A stretch of 64,000 nt of DNA from the human T2T-CHM13v2.0 reference genome, Homo sapiens. The stretch lies in assembly GCF_009914755.1 (NCBI RefSeq), contig NC_060935.1, one strand, 5' to 3'. A model generated the notes under the pieces. That model ran no database searches. It was given only the letters and a program-made list of their open reading frames with translations, and was not told the DNA's origin. Positions 1 through 16,978 of this stretch are shown here, piece by piece. Each line of letters starts with the position of its first letter. The first letter of the stretch is position 1. The translations under genes were made by a program, and so were the position numbers.

Positions 1-1589
<1,589 letters not shown>

Positions 1590-1759
1590 TAAAAAAAAAA
1601 TCCTAAATATTATTTATCATTGAAGAAAAATTTCAAAAAAGTGTCAAAAAATATAAAGCCAAACTTAAAATCCCGTCACCAGAGCAAATGCAAACAATAT
1701 TTTAACATATTTTATATTTCTGTCTATTTCCCTTTGTATGAATTATATCTGCCTGGTCA

Positions 1760-4700
1760 TTGATATATATACACATATATCTCCATTGGAATACATCTAT
1801 ATATATATGTTCTTTATATATATCCATAATATATATTATATATAGTTATATATAATATATATCCATAATATGTATTATATATAGTTATATATACTATATA
1901 TCCATAATATGTATTATATATAGTTATATATACTATATATCCATAATATGTATTATATATAGTTATATATACTATATATCCATAATATGTATTATATATA
2001 GTTATATATACTATATATCCATAATATGTATTACATATAGTTATATATACTATATATCCATAATATGTATTACATATAGTTATATATACTATATATCCAT
2101 AATATGTATTACATATAGTTATATATACTATATATCCATAATATGTATTACATATAGTTATATATACTATATATCCATAATATGTATTATATATAGTTAT
2201 ATATACTATATATCCATAATATGTATTATATATAGTTATATATACTATATATCCATAATATGTATTATATATAGTTATATATACTATATATCCATAATAT
2301 GTATTATATATAGTTATATATACTATATATCCATAATATGTATTATATATAGTTATATATACTATATATCCATAATATGTATTATATATAGTTATATATA
2401 ATATATATCCATAATATGTATTATATATAGTTATATATAATATATATCCATAATATGTATTATATATAGTTATATACAATATAGATTCATATGTATTATA
2501 TATAGTTATATATATTTATTCATAATATTTATATGTAGTTATATATAATATTTATTCATAATATGTATTATATGTAGTTATATATAATATTTATTCATAA
2601 TATGTATTATATGTAGTTATATATAATATTTATTCATAATATATATCATATGTAGTTATATATATTTATTCATAATATATATCATATATAGTTATATATA
2701 ATATTTATTCATAATATATATCATATGTAGTTATATATAATATTTATTCATAGTACATATTATATGTAGTTATATATAAAATTTATTCATAATATATCTT
2801 ATATATAGCTATATATATTTATTCATAATATATCTTATATATAGCTATATATAATATTTATTCATAATATATATTATCTATAGTTAGATATAATATTCGT
2901 TCATAATATATAATATATAGTTATGTAATATATATATAATATATATATTATAGTTAGTTATATAATATATATAAAATATATATATTATATATAGTTATAT
3001 ATAATATATATTCAGAAACTATATTATATATAGTTATATATTATATATTCAGAAACTATATTATATATAGTTATATATAATATATAGATAATATATATTA
3101 TATATAGTTATATATAATATATAGATAATATATATTATATATAGTTATATATAATATATATTGATAATATATATTATATATAGTTATATATAATATATTA
3201 TATATAGTTATATATAATATATTATATATAGTTATATATAATATATATTATATATAGTTATATATAATATATATAGATAATATATATTATATATAGTTAT
3301 ATATAATATATATAGATAATATATATTATATATAGTTATATATAATATATATTGATAATATATATTATATATAGTTATACATAATATATATTGATAATAT
3401 ATATTATATATAGTTATACATAATATATATTGATAATATATATTATATATAGTTATACATAATATATATTGATAATATATATTATATATAGTTATACATA
3501 ATATATAGATAATATATGTTATATATAGTTATACATAATATATAGATAATATATGTTATATATAGTTATACATAATATATAGATAATATATGTTATATAT
3601 AGTTATACATAATATATAGATAATATATGTTATATATAGTTATACATAATATATAGATAATATATGTTATATATAGTTATACATAATATATAGATAATAT
3701 ATGTTATATATAGTTATACATGATATATAGATAATATATGTTATATATAGTTATACATAATATATAGATAATATATGTTATATATAGTTATACATGATAT
3801 ATAGATAATATATGTTATATATAGTTATACATGATATATATTGATAATATATATTATATATAGTTATACATGATATATATTGATAATATATATTATATAT
3901 AGTTATACATGATATATATTGATAATATATATTATATATAGTTATACATGACATATATTGATAATATTTATATATGACATATATTGATAATATATATTAT
4001 ATATAGTTATATATGACATATATTGATAATATATGTTATATATAGTTATATATGACATATATTGATAATATATGTTATATATAGTTATATATGACATATA
4101 TTGATAATATATGTTATATATAGTTATATATGACATATATTGATAATATATGTTATATATAGTTATATATGACATATATTGATAATATATGTTATATATA
4201 GTTATATATGACATATATTGATAATATATGTTATATATAGTTATATATGACATATATTGATAATATATGTTATATATAGTTATATATGACATATATTGAT
4301 AATATATGTTATATATAGTTATATATGACATATATTGATAATATATGTTATATATAGTTATATATGACATATATTGATAATATATGTTATATATAGTTAT
4401 ATATGACATATATTGATAATATATGTTATATATAGTTATATATGACATATATTGATAATATATGTTATATATAGTTATATATGACATATATTGATAATAT
4501 ATGTTATATATAGTTATATATGACATATATTGATAATATATGTTATATATAGTTATATATGACATATATTGATAATATATGTTATATATAGTTATATATG
4601 ACATATATTGATAATATATGTTATATATAGTTATATATGACATATATTGATAATATATGTTATATATAGTTATATATGACATATATTGATAATATATGTT

Positions 4701-5165
4701 ATATATAGTTATATATGACATATATTGATAATATATGTTATATATAGTTATATATGACATATATTGATAATATATGTTATATATAGTTATATATGACATA
4801 TATTGATAATATATGTTATATATTATATATGACATATATTGATAATATATGTTATATATTATATATGACATATATTGATAATATATGTTATATATTATAT
4901 ATGACATATATTGATAATATATGTTATATATTATATATGACATATATTGATAATATATGTTATATATTATATATGACATATATTGATAATATATGTTATA
5001 TATTATATATGACATATATTGATAATATATGTTATATATTATATATGACATATATTGATAATATATGTTATATATTATATATAATATATATTCTTTATAT
5101 ATATTCATAATCTATATATTCTTTATATATATACTGTATATGTATTCTTTATATATATTCATAAT
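1760..5165. repeat. Compound AT-rich minisatellite (36-39 bp units, shared core TTATATATAGTTATA)
   Basis: About 17 x 39 bp (1814-2480), a degenerate middle, a 37-bp block (~3500-3830), 21 x 39 bp (~3975-4792) and 8 x 36 bp (4793-5080). Periods are visible as 13- and 12-aa repeats in the ORF track. Confidence 0.97.
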
Positions 5166-6015
5166 TTTTAATTTAAATACACAGGATAGCTTTTAATTTT
5201 ATGTAGATATACCAAAGGTTACTTAACCTTTCACTTATGTGTAGGTATGTTTATACATGCATACATATATATATAATGATTTAAATTTACATTATGATGA
5301 AAAATCCTTTCTTATTTTTAACTTGAGTTATAGTTTTTATGAAACATTTATCTAACTATCAAGTAGTTCATGAAAATTATTTTAAAATATTAATTATTGC
5401 TACCTAGTACAGGTGATTTTCAAAAGAAATACAATAGTTTACTCTCCCATCAGTACAATAATAACAAGAGAAATGTTGAATTTAAGAATTATTTTATACT
5501 GGATGTTTTATTAAAGAAACAAAAATAAATAATTGGTTAGCTAAGAAATTTTATGAATGAATAAGTCCTACACAACCATGACAAGTTGTGTTCCTTTAAG
5601 AGATTATAAAGTAAAATGATTATTTTGATTTTAAATTTTATTATTGGATGGTTTAAAGATTTAAGTCACTTGATTTTCTTTGCTTACTTTTTTGGGGAGG
5701 TAGGGGTAAATTAAAAACAATGTTTACAATACTCCCAAGTCACAAAAAATTCAATCTATCAACTTCTCTGTTGAGATACATAATGGCAGACATTTTGATA
5801 GTTTTGTGATTGTGTTTGTTGTTTATTGAATAAAAACAATTTTAAAATACCATGTGTCATTCAGTGTTTGAAATAAAATAGTGGCTTAGTTAAATTACTG
5901 CTTCAGGGAATTGGTAGTCCAGTTATTAAAAATATACTATAGTGATACATTTTTCCCTGTGTATTGTTAGTTTCTATATGCATACAACTGTGAATCAAAA
6001 ATATTTGAACAAAAT

Positions 6016-6560
6016 TTAACTCAGCAATCTCACTGTTGGGTATCTACTCCCCCAAAAAGAAATAATTAAATCAAAACTTATCTGCACTCACAGGTTTATC
6101 ACAGTACTATTCACAGTAGGAAATATACAGAATCAATTGTAATATTCATCAACAGATGATAAAGAAATGTGGCATATGTACACATATGGAATGCTATTCA
6201 ACTATAAAAAATAAAATCATGTCTTTTGCAGCAATACAGGTGAAACTGGAGGCCATTATCTTAATTAAGTGAAACAACCCAGACACAGAAATAAAAAAAA
6301 AAACCTGCATGTTCTCACTTAAAAATGGAAGCTAAATAATGTGTACACATGGACATAGAGTATGGAATGATGGATAATGAGTACTCAGAAGGGTTGTGGG
6401 GAAGGAAGGTACTGGAAGATGAGAAATTATTTAATGTGTATCATGTACATTATTTGAGTGATGGATACACTGAAAGCCCAGACATCACCACAATGCAATA
6501 TATTCATGTAACAAAATTGCACTTACACCCCTTAAATGTATACAAATAAAAAAGAAAATA
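6016..6560 (+). mobile_element. 5'-truncated old L1 3' end (L1MA-like) inserted in MER2
   Basis: L1 ORF2 end/3'UTR motifs 'atcatgtcttttgcagcaa', 'gcatgttctcactta', 'catgtaacaaaattgcactt', then an A-rich tail. Confidence 0.85.
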
Positions 6561-6649
6561 TTTTTAAAAACACATAAAAATAATATATCCATTAAAAATA
6601 ATACAGTAAAAATACAATATTTACATAGCACTTACATTGTATTAGGTAT

Positions 6650-7284
6650 TAATATGGCTTTGATGACTGGGGGAACACCAGGGTTCTTGGTCTCCCACTG
6701 ATAGGATTAACGACAGGGACACAGGTGGAGTGGTTTTAGGAATGAAAAGTTTAATAGGCAGGAAAGAAGAAAGAAAGAAGAAAACAGCTCCCCCATACAG
6801 AGACAGAGGGAGGGGGGCTCGGAACAAAGAGGAACCACATGTGCGGCAGAAAAGTGGTTGCTTATATTGGGATGCTGGAGGAGGCGGTGTTTTGTTTGCA
6901 CAGGGCCCAGGGGATTGGTTTGACCAGGTGTGTCATTTATGTAGCTTCCAGAAACCTGGCCCTCCCACCTTAGTCCTTTAATATGCAAATGAGGGTCGCC
7001 ATGATGTTCTGAACACCTGGTGTTATCTGGAGGTGGCCATTACACTTGGCACAGGTGGCGACAAGGAGAAGATGGCGGGAATTGCCATGTTGTCCATGTT
7101 AGGTGGACCTACTTTCTAATCGCCGGCATGTGCGTATTACAGCTTGCCAGCCTGGCTTTTAAAGCCGCATTTTTGTTAGAAAAGAAATGGTTTGGGGGTT
7201 ATTTTTTATTACAGGAACATTTCCACTGAGAACCTTTACCCTTACTTTCTCCCTAAAAATTATTTCTTAATAACTCCTATATTA
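6650..7284 (-). mobile_element. Solo ERV1 LTR, LTR19-like
   Basis: The minus strand begins TAATATAGGAGTTATTAAGAAAT; 4-bp TSD GTAT at 6646-6649 and 7285-7288; removing the element restores the MER2 consensus. Confidence 0.8.
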
Positions 7285-8424
7285 GTATTATATGCAATCT
7301 AGGCATTAAAACATATACAGGAAGATGTGCATATATTAAATGCATATAATATGTCATTTTAAATATGAGATTTGAATGTCTACAGATTTTGGTGTCCGTG
7401 GAGTTCCTGGAATCAATTCCCTGTGTAATCAGAGGAGTACCGTATATATTTAGCGTTTTTACTTTACTCAGGTCTGTAATGTGTCACTTCATTTGACCCT
7501 CAACACAACCCCTATGAGACAGGAAAATTTATGTGATCTCTTTCACAATGAAAGAATTGAAGTCTAGAGGAATTTGACATTTGTGGCCACTAACATGTTA
7601 CCTGTAAAGCATTTTTACTAGCAGAGTGAAGCTATCGCCATGGATATTAATTATTTTTTTTTTAAGTAGAGCTGACCTGTTGGGGCATCATGAATTAAGT
7701 ACATTTGCAGGGTTTTATACTTAGTCCTTTGATAACTATCCCTATAGCATATGTTTATATCATTGGATTAAAATACTGTCTTAATTGTTCTGGAATGTGT
7801 GGTGATAGACTAGATGCACTCATACCTGCTGAAATTCAGACACCACAGTGGCATGTGTCATCATTGTTATTTTCTCTAAATCTAGAGTTATTTAATTTGG
7901 TACCTCTATTGTCATCTGCTCTTGAAGAGAGGGCATTGCAACCTGAATTTCCATGTATGTATAACAGAGTGTCAGATTATTTCCTGATGATTCCAGATAT
8001 CTATAAGGGAATTTTGTAAAGTAGTTTTTCCTTAATTTTTAAACTCTTGAGTAATTTAATTTTTGTGCATCTGTCTCATTAATTTAAACTTATGTCATCC
8101 ACATGTTAAACTAATTTTTAATGAGCAAAATGCTTTTCAGTGCCATTTACTTCTAACAAGTGTGAATTTATTTCCAGTTAAATGAGGTTTGGTGCCAAAA
8201 TGTAGGCAACTTACAAATGAGGTGTGAGGGGTTAACAATATTATTTTCTTACATGATTCCAGAAGCTGTAAGCTTGTCAAATCACATTCATTTGTGCGTC
8301 AAAATAATTATATGAGTCAGACAGGGAAGACAATATTGTTATCTTATGGATTAGAAAACCAAGACCCAGAGAAGTTATAAGAGTTTTCTGAAATTATGGG
8401 ACTACCAAGTGGCACAGTTATATC

Positions 8425-8426
<2 letters not shown>

Positions 8427-8469
<43 letters not shown>

Positions 8470-8746
8470 GGGAGTCTCGCTCCATTGCCCAGGCTGGAGT
8501 GCAGTGGCACGATCTCGGCTTACTGAAAGCTCCGCCTCCCGGGTTCATGCCATTCTCCTGCCTCAGCCTCCTGAGTAGCTGGGATTACAGGCACCCGCCA
8601 CCACGCCTAGCTAATTTTTTGTATTTTTGGTAGAGACAGGGTTTCACGGTTTTAGCCAGGATGGTCTCGATCTCCTGACCTCGTGATCCGCCTGCTTCGG
8701 CCTCCCAAAGTTCTGGGATGACCGGCGTGAGCCACCGCGCCCGGCC
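8427..8746 (-). mobile_element. AluY
   Basis: Y-diagnostic 'aagctccgcctcccgggttcatgccattc'; long poly(T); TSD gcacagttatatctt at 8412-8426 and 8748-8762. Confidence 0.95.
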
Positions 8747-8877
8747 AGCACAGTTATATCTTAATCGAAGTATTTTGATTCCACGATATCGTATTTTTCC
8801 TAGCTTAATTTCTACTTTGTATTTTAAGGTGATTTACAGATTATATCTTTTAGAAGTTATTTCTTCTAATGTACTCA

Positions 8878-9449
<572 letters not shown>

Positions 9450-9611
9450 TCATCTCTCAGCTCACTTGAGATGAATTCATATTTTGCTGCTTCCTCTACT
9501 CTGTGTTTACTTTATCTTAAGTAAAAATGCAGATTCACTAAGAAGGAGATGAATACCTCGTTGACTGTTATTCTACCCTCTCTTTCTTCGTTTAAAATAT
9601 GGATTCAGTGA

Positions 9612-10046
<435 letters not shown>

Positions 10047-10150
10047 TGAAATCTCCCAAATGCTGTTTGGAAGAAGCACAGATCACAGATGTTTCTGTGA
10101 TTTTATGATCCTTTTTCCTGGACATTTACTCAACCTTGGCAAAATCCACC

Positions 10151-10996
10151 TGTAAATCAAAAAGTATATGAGACTGGTTTCAATTAATTTAGAAGTTTAT
10201 TTTGCCAAGGTTAAGGGCATACCTGTGACACAGCCTTAGAAAATCCTGAGAATGTGTGCTCAAGGTGGTTGAGCTACAGCTTGGTTTTATACATTTTAGG
10301 GAGATATAATACATACATGTAAGATGTTCATTGGTTCAGTTCAGAAAGGTGGAACAACTTGAAGCTTAGGCTAGGGAGATGATAGGTGGATTTAAAGATT
10401 TCCTGATTGGCAATTGGTTAAAAGAGTTTATCTAAAGACCTGGAATCAACAGAAGTCAGTGTCAATGTTAAGATAAGGGTTTGTGGATACTAAATTTTTT
10501 AATATGCAGATGAAGCCTCTATGTAGCAGGATTCAGAGAGAATAGATTGTAAAAGTCTATCAAACTTATGGTGCCAAACTCTTAGTTAATTCTCTCCTGG
10601 CTCAGAAAAAAAAATCTGGAAAGGGAAAAGGATTCTTTACAGAATATAGATTTTTTCCCACAATAGACAGCTTTGCATGGCCATTTCAAAATACGTCAAA
10701 GAAATATATTTTGTGGTAAAATATTTTAATTTATTTCAGGGCCTACTATTTATCATGTTGGTATCTCTTATTGCTACAAAGAGTCTGCTTTGCCAGTCTT
10801 AAGGTTTCTATTTTAGTGGTAAATGCTGGACAGCTGTGCCTGGATTTCAACAGGAAGAGACGATAATGAGGCATGTCTGACCCCCATCTTCTCATCTTGG
10901 CCTGAACTAATTTTTCAGGTTAATTTAGGAATGCCCTTGGCCAAAAGGAAAGTCCATTCAATTGGTCAGGGGGCTTAGAGTTTTATTTTTGGCTCC
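10151..10996 (-). mobile_element. MER4-group LTR (MER4B/D-like)
   Basis: 'gaagtttattttgccaaggttaagg', 'cagcttggttttatacattttagggaga', 'ggcctgaactaatttttcaggtt', 'gggggcttagagttttatttttgg'. Confidence 0.8.
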
Positions 10997-11777
10997 TATA
11001 CTCTACCAGTTTAAAAGAACCAACAGCTTAGAAGTAAATTCTGTGCATAAGAAACAAGAGAAAGTAAATTGGCTTGTCAAAATCAACCCAACTTTGTAGC
11101 CTTATTCCTTGCATGCTTAAAGCACAAAAGCCTACTAGCCTCACTTATTTTTTTCATTATTCACTAGCTAATGGAGAGGAGATGCAGGTTTTAAAAGTTC
11201 ACACATTTCTTATCAGAAACAATGACAAGTGAAATTCTAATAAACATGAATTTTTTTCTCCAAAATGTGAGAATTCTTCAAATAGAATGACTAAAAGTAT
11301 CGAAATTTATTTTTAAAATTATTTTAATTATTTTTTTAATTTAATTTTTTTATTTCAATAGGATTTTGAGGATCAGGTGGTGTTTGCTTACATGAATTAG
11401 TTTGTTAGTGGTGATTTCTGAGATTTTGGTGCATCCATCACCCAAGCAGAGTACACTGTACCCAATGTGTAGTCATTTATCCCTCACCTCCCTCGCACTT
11501 TTTCTTTTGAGTCCCCAAAGTCCATTGTATTATTCTTATGCATTTGCATCCTCCTAGCTTAGCTCCCACTTATGAGAGAATATACGTTGTTTGGTTTCCA
11601 TTCCTGAGTTACTTCACTTAGAATGATGGTCTCCAAATCCATCCAGGTTGCTGCAAATGCTATTATTTTGTTCCTTTTTATGGCTGATGAGTATCCCATG
11701 GTGTGTGTTTGTGTGTGTATACATACCTATGGAACCAGCCCAAAGGCCCATAAATCAATAAGTGCATAAAGGCAATG

Positions 11778-12300
11778 TTATATATATGTGTATATATATA
11801 TGTGTGTATATATATATATACGTGTATATATATATGTGTGTGTATATATATACGTGTGTGTATATATATACGTGTATATATATATACGTGTGTATATATA
11901 TACGTGTGTATATATATACGTGTGTGTATATATATATACGTGTGTATATATATACGTGTGTATATATATATACGTGTGTATATATATATACGTGTGTATA
12001 TATATACGTGTGTATATATATACGTGTGTATATATATGTGTGTATATATATACGTGTATATATGTGTGTGTATATATATACGTGTATATATGTGTGTGTA
12101 TATATATGTGTATATATGTGTGTGTATATACGTGTATATATGTGTGTGTATATATATACGTGTATATATATGTGTGTGTATATATATACGTGTATATATA
12201 TGTGTGTATATATATGTGTGTATATATGTATATATATATGTGTGTATATATGTATATATATATATGTGTGTGTATATATATATGTGTGTGTGTGTGTGTG
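11778..12300. repeat. Compound (TA)n/(TG)n/CG microsatellite, units like CGTGTGTATATATATA
   Basis: Directly visible; strictly alternating purine-pyrimidine for about 520 bp. Confidence 0.97.
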
Positions 12301-15300
12301 TTGCTGCTATAAACGTGTGTGCAAGTATCTTTTTTGCATAATGACTTCTTTTCCTGTGGTTAGATGCCCAGGGGTGGGATTGCTGGATCAAATGGTAGAT
12401 CTACATTTAGTTCCTTTAAGGAATCCCCACACTGTTTCTCATAGTGGTTGTAGTAGTTCAAATTCCCACCAGCAGTGTAAAAAGTGTTCCCTTTTCACCA
12501 CATTCACACCAACAACTATTTTTTTTTTATTTTTTGATTATGACCATTCTTGCAGGAATAAAGTAGTATCACAGTATCACATTATGGTTTTAATTTGTAT
12601 TTCTCTGATTTTTAGAAATGTTGAGTATTTTCTTATATGTTTGTTGGCCATTTCTGTATCTCCTTTTGAGAATTTTCTATTCATGTTCTTAGCCAAATTT
12701 TGATGGGATCTTTTTTTTTTTCTTTTTTCTTGTTGATTTGTTTGAGTTCCTCATAGATTCTGGATATTAATCCTTTGTCAAAAATACAAAAATATAGATT
12801 GTGAAGATATTTTCTTACTCTTTGGGTTATCTATTTGCTGATTGTTTCTTTTGCTGTGCTGAAGCTTTTTATTTGAATTAAGTTCCATCTATTTATCTTT
12901 GTTTTTGTTGCATTTGCTTTTGGTTTCTTGGTCATGAAGTCTTTGCCTAAGCCAGTGTCTAGAAGGGTTTTTCCAATGTTATCCTCTAGAATTTTTATGG
13001 CTTCAGGTCTTAGATTTAACTATTTGATCCATCTTGAGTTGATTTTTGTATACGGTGAGAGGAGTATCCAGTTTCATTCTCCTATTATGTGGCTTATTTG
13101 TATATTAGGGTGTCCTTTCCCCACTTTATGTTTTGTTTGCTTTGTCAAAGATCAGTTGACTGTAAGTATTTGGCTTTATTTCTTAGTTTTATATTCTGTT
13201 GCATTGGTCTATATAACTATTTTTATACCAGTACCATGTTGTTTTGGTGACTATGGCCTTAGAGTATAGTTTGAAGTCAGGTAATGTGGTGCCTCCAGAT
13301 TTGTTCTTTTTGCTTAGTCTGGCTTTGGCTATGTGGGCTTCTTTTGGTTCCATATAAATTTTAGAAATTTTTTTCTACTTTTGTGAAGAATGATGGTGGT
13401 ATTTTGATGGAAATTACACTGAATTTGTAAGTGGCTTTTGGTGGTATGGTCATTATCACGATATTGATTCTACCCATCCATGAGCATGGGATGTCTTTTC
13501 ATTTGTTTGTTTTGTCTATGATTTCTTTCAGCACTGCTTTGTAGTTTTCCTTGTAGAGACCTTTCACCTCCTTGGTTAGGTATATTCCTATGTATTTTAT
13601 TTTTCTTGCAGCTATTGTAAAAAAAAAGTTGAGTTCTTGATTTATTTATCAGTTTGATCACTGTTGATGTATGGCAGAGCTACTGATTTGTGTACATTTA
13701 TTTTGTATCCTGAAACTTTGCTGAATTTAATTATCAGTTCTAGGAGCTTTTTGGAGGAGTCCTTAGGGTTTTTTATAAAATCATACCATCAGCAAACAGC
13801 AGCAGTTTGACTTCCTCTTTACCAATTTGGATGCCCTTTATTTCTTTCTCTTGTCTGATTGCCCTGGCTAGAACTTCCAGTACTATGTTCAGTAGAAATG
13901 GGGAAAGTAGACACCCTCGTTTTGTTCCAGTTCTCAGGAGGAATGCTTTCAACTTCTCCTTGTTTAGTACTGTGTTTGTCCTCATAGATGGCTTTTATTA
14001 CATTAAGGTATGTTCCTTCTATGCTGATTTTGCTTAGGGTTATAATCATAAAGGGATGCTGGATTTTGTCAAATGTTTTTTTCTGTGTCTATTAAGGTGA
14101 TCATGTAATTTTTTAGAAAAATTCTTCCTGTGTAATGTATCACATTTATTAATTTGTATATGTTAAACCATCCCTGCATCCCTGGTATGAAACCCAGTTT
14201 GTCATGGTGGATTATCTTTTTGAAATACTGTTGGATTTTGTTAGCTAGTATTTTGTTAAGGATTTTTGCATCTGTGTTCATCAAGGATTTTGGTGTGTAG
14301 TTTTTAAAATGTTATGTCCTTTTCTGGTTTTGGTATTACTGTGATACTGGATTCATAGAATGATTTAGAGTGGATTTCCTCTTTCTTAACATTTTGGAAT
14401 AGTGCAAATAAGATTGGTACCAATTCTTCTTTGAATGTCTTATAGAATTCAGCTGTGAATCTGTCTGATCCTGGATTTTGTTGTGTTGTTTGCAATATTT
14501 TATTACAATTTCCGTTTCACTGCTTGTTATTGGTCTCTTCAGAGTTTCTATTTTTTCCCAGTTTAATCTCAGAAGGTTGTATATTTCCAGGAATTTAAAT
14601 ATTTCCTCTAGGTTTTCTAGTTTATGCATGTAAAGGTGTTCATAGTAGGCTTGAATGAATGATCTTTTGTATTTCTGTGGTATCAGTTATAATATATCCC
14701 CTTTCATTTCTGATTAAGCTTATTTGGATTGTCTCTTCTTGGTTAACCTTGCTAATGGTCTATCAATTTTATTTATCTTTTCAAAAAATCAGCTTTTTGC
14801 TTATCTTTTGTATTGTTTGTTTTAATTTCATTTAAATCTGTTTTGTTCTTTGTTATTTCTTTTCTTCTGCTGGGTTCAAGTTTGATTTGTTCTTGTTTCT
14901 CTAGTTCCTTGAGGTGTGACCTTAGATTGTCTATTTGTGCTTTTCCAAACTTTTTTATGTAGGCATTTAATGCTATGAACTTTCCTCTTATTACTGCCTT
15001 TGCTGTATCCCAGAGGTTTTTGTTGGTTATATCACTATTATCATTCAGTTCAAAGAATTTTTAAATTTCCATCTTGATATCATTGTTTACCCAGTGATCA
15101 TTGAGGAGTAGGTTATTTAATTTCCTTGCAATTGTATGGTGTTGAGGGTTCCTTCTGGAGTTGAATTCCAATTTCATTCCACTGTTTTCTGAGAGAGTAC
15201 TTGACATAATTTTGATTTTCTTAAATTGACTGACACTTGTTTTGTGGCCCGTCATATGGTCTATCTTGGAGAATGTTCCATGTGCCAATGAATAGAGTAT

Positions 15301-16546
15301 ATATTCTGCAATGGTTTGGTACAATGTTCTGTAAATATCTGTTAAGTCCATTTGTTCTAGGGTATAGTTTAAGTCCATTTGTTATTTGTTGACTTTCTCT
15401 CCTGATGACCTGTCTAGTGCTGTCAGTGGGGTACTGAAGTGTTCTACTATTATTGTCGTGCTGTCTATATAATTTCTGAGGTATAGTACTTATCAGTAGT
15501 TATCGTCTTATAAATTTGGGAGCTCCAGTGTTAGGTGCTTATATATTTAGAATTGTGACATTTCCCTGTAGGGCAAGTCCTGTTATCATGAGATAATGTC
15601 TGTCTTCGACTTTTTTCACTGCTGCTACTTTAAAGTTTGTTTGTCTGATATAAGAATAGCTACTGTTGTTCACTTTTGGTGTTCATTTGCATGAAATGTC
15701 TTATTCCACCCCCTTACCTTAAGTTTATTTGAGTCTTTTTGTGTTGGGTGAGTCTCTTGAAGATAGTAGATACTTGGTTGGTGAATGTTTGTGCATTCTG
15801 CCATTCTATGCCTTTTAAGTGAAGCATTTAGGCCATTCACATTCAATGTTACTATTGAGATGTGCGGTACTATTCTAGTCATCATGCTATTTGTTGCCTG
15901 AATACGTTTTTTTTCATTGTGTTATTGTTGTATGAGTCCTGTGAAATTTATGCTTTAAGGAGATTCTATTTTGATGTATTTTGAATATTTGTTTCAAGGT
16001 TTGGAGCTTCTTTTAGCAATTCTCATAGCGCTGGCTTAGCATTGGCAAAATCGCTCAGTATTGTTTGTCTGAAAAAGATTCATCTTTATTTATGAAGCTT
16101 AGTTTCACTGGATACAAAATTCTTGGCTGGTAATTGTTTTGTTTAAGGAGGCTAAAGATAGGAACCCCAATCCCTCCTAGGTTGTAGGGTTTCTGCTAAG
16201 AAATCTGTTGTTAATCTGATAGGTTTTCTTTTCTAGGTTACCTGATGCTTTTGCCTCATAGCTCCTGAAATACTTTCCTTCATCTCGACTTTAGATAACC
16301 TGATGACTATGTGCCTAGGTGATAATCTTTTTGCAATGAGTTTCCCAGGTGTTCTTTGAGGTTCTTGTATTTGGATATCTAGATCTCTAGTAAGGTTGGG
16401 GAAATTTTCCTCAATTATTGCCTTAAATATGTTTTCTAAACTTATAGATTTCTTTTCTTCCTCAGGAACACTAATTATTCTTAGGTTTGGTCATTTAATG
16501 TAATCCCAAACTTCTTGGAAGCTTTGTTCATTTTTTAAAAATTCAT

Positions 16547-16896
<350 letters not shown>

Positions 16897-16978
16897 TTAT
16901 CTTTGTTGGATTGGGTTAATTCAAAAGCCTTTACTTTGAGCTCCGAAGTTCTTTCTTCTTGTTGTTTGATTCTATTCC

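Larger units (their letters stand above)
5948..7442 (+). mobile_element. MER2 (Tigger-type non-autonomous DNA transposon) split into three pieces: ~5948-6015, ~6570-6649, 7285-7442
   Basis: 'tatttacatagcacttacattgtattaggtat...tatatgcaatctag...gattttggtgtccgtggagttcctggaatcaattccc' follows the MER2 consensus; TA dinucleotides flank both ends. Confidence 0.8.

Noticed and set aside
1814-5110. Long Tyr/Ile-rich ORFs (221, 388 and 105 aa) and a superficially CRISPR-like periodicity
   Set aside because: Unit lengths divisible by 3 keep frames open by chance; units are head-to-tail with no unique spacers, there are no cas genes and the DNA is primate.
11678-12703. Four overlapping ORFs of 174-313 aa
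   Set aside because: Translations of a dinucleotide microsatellite.
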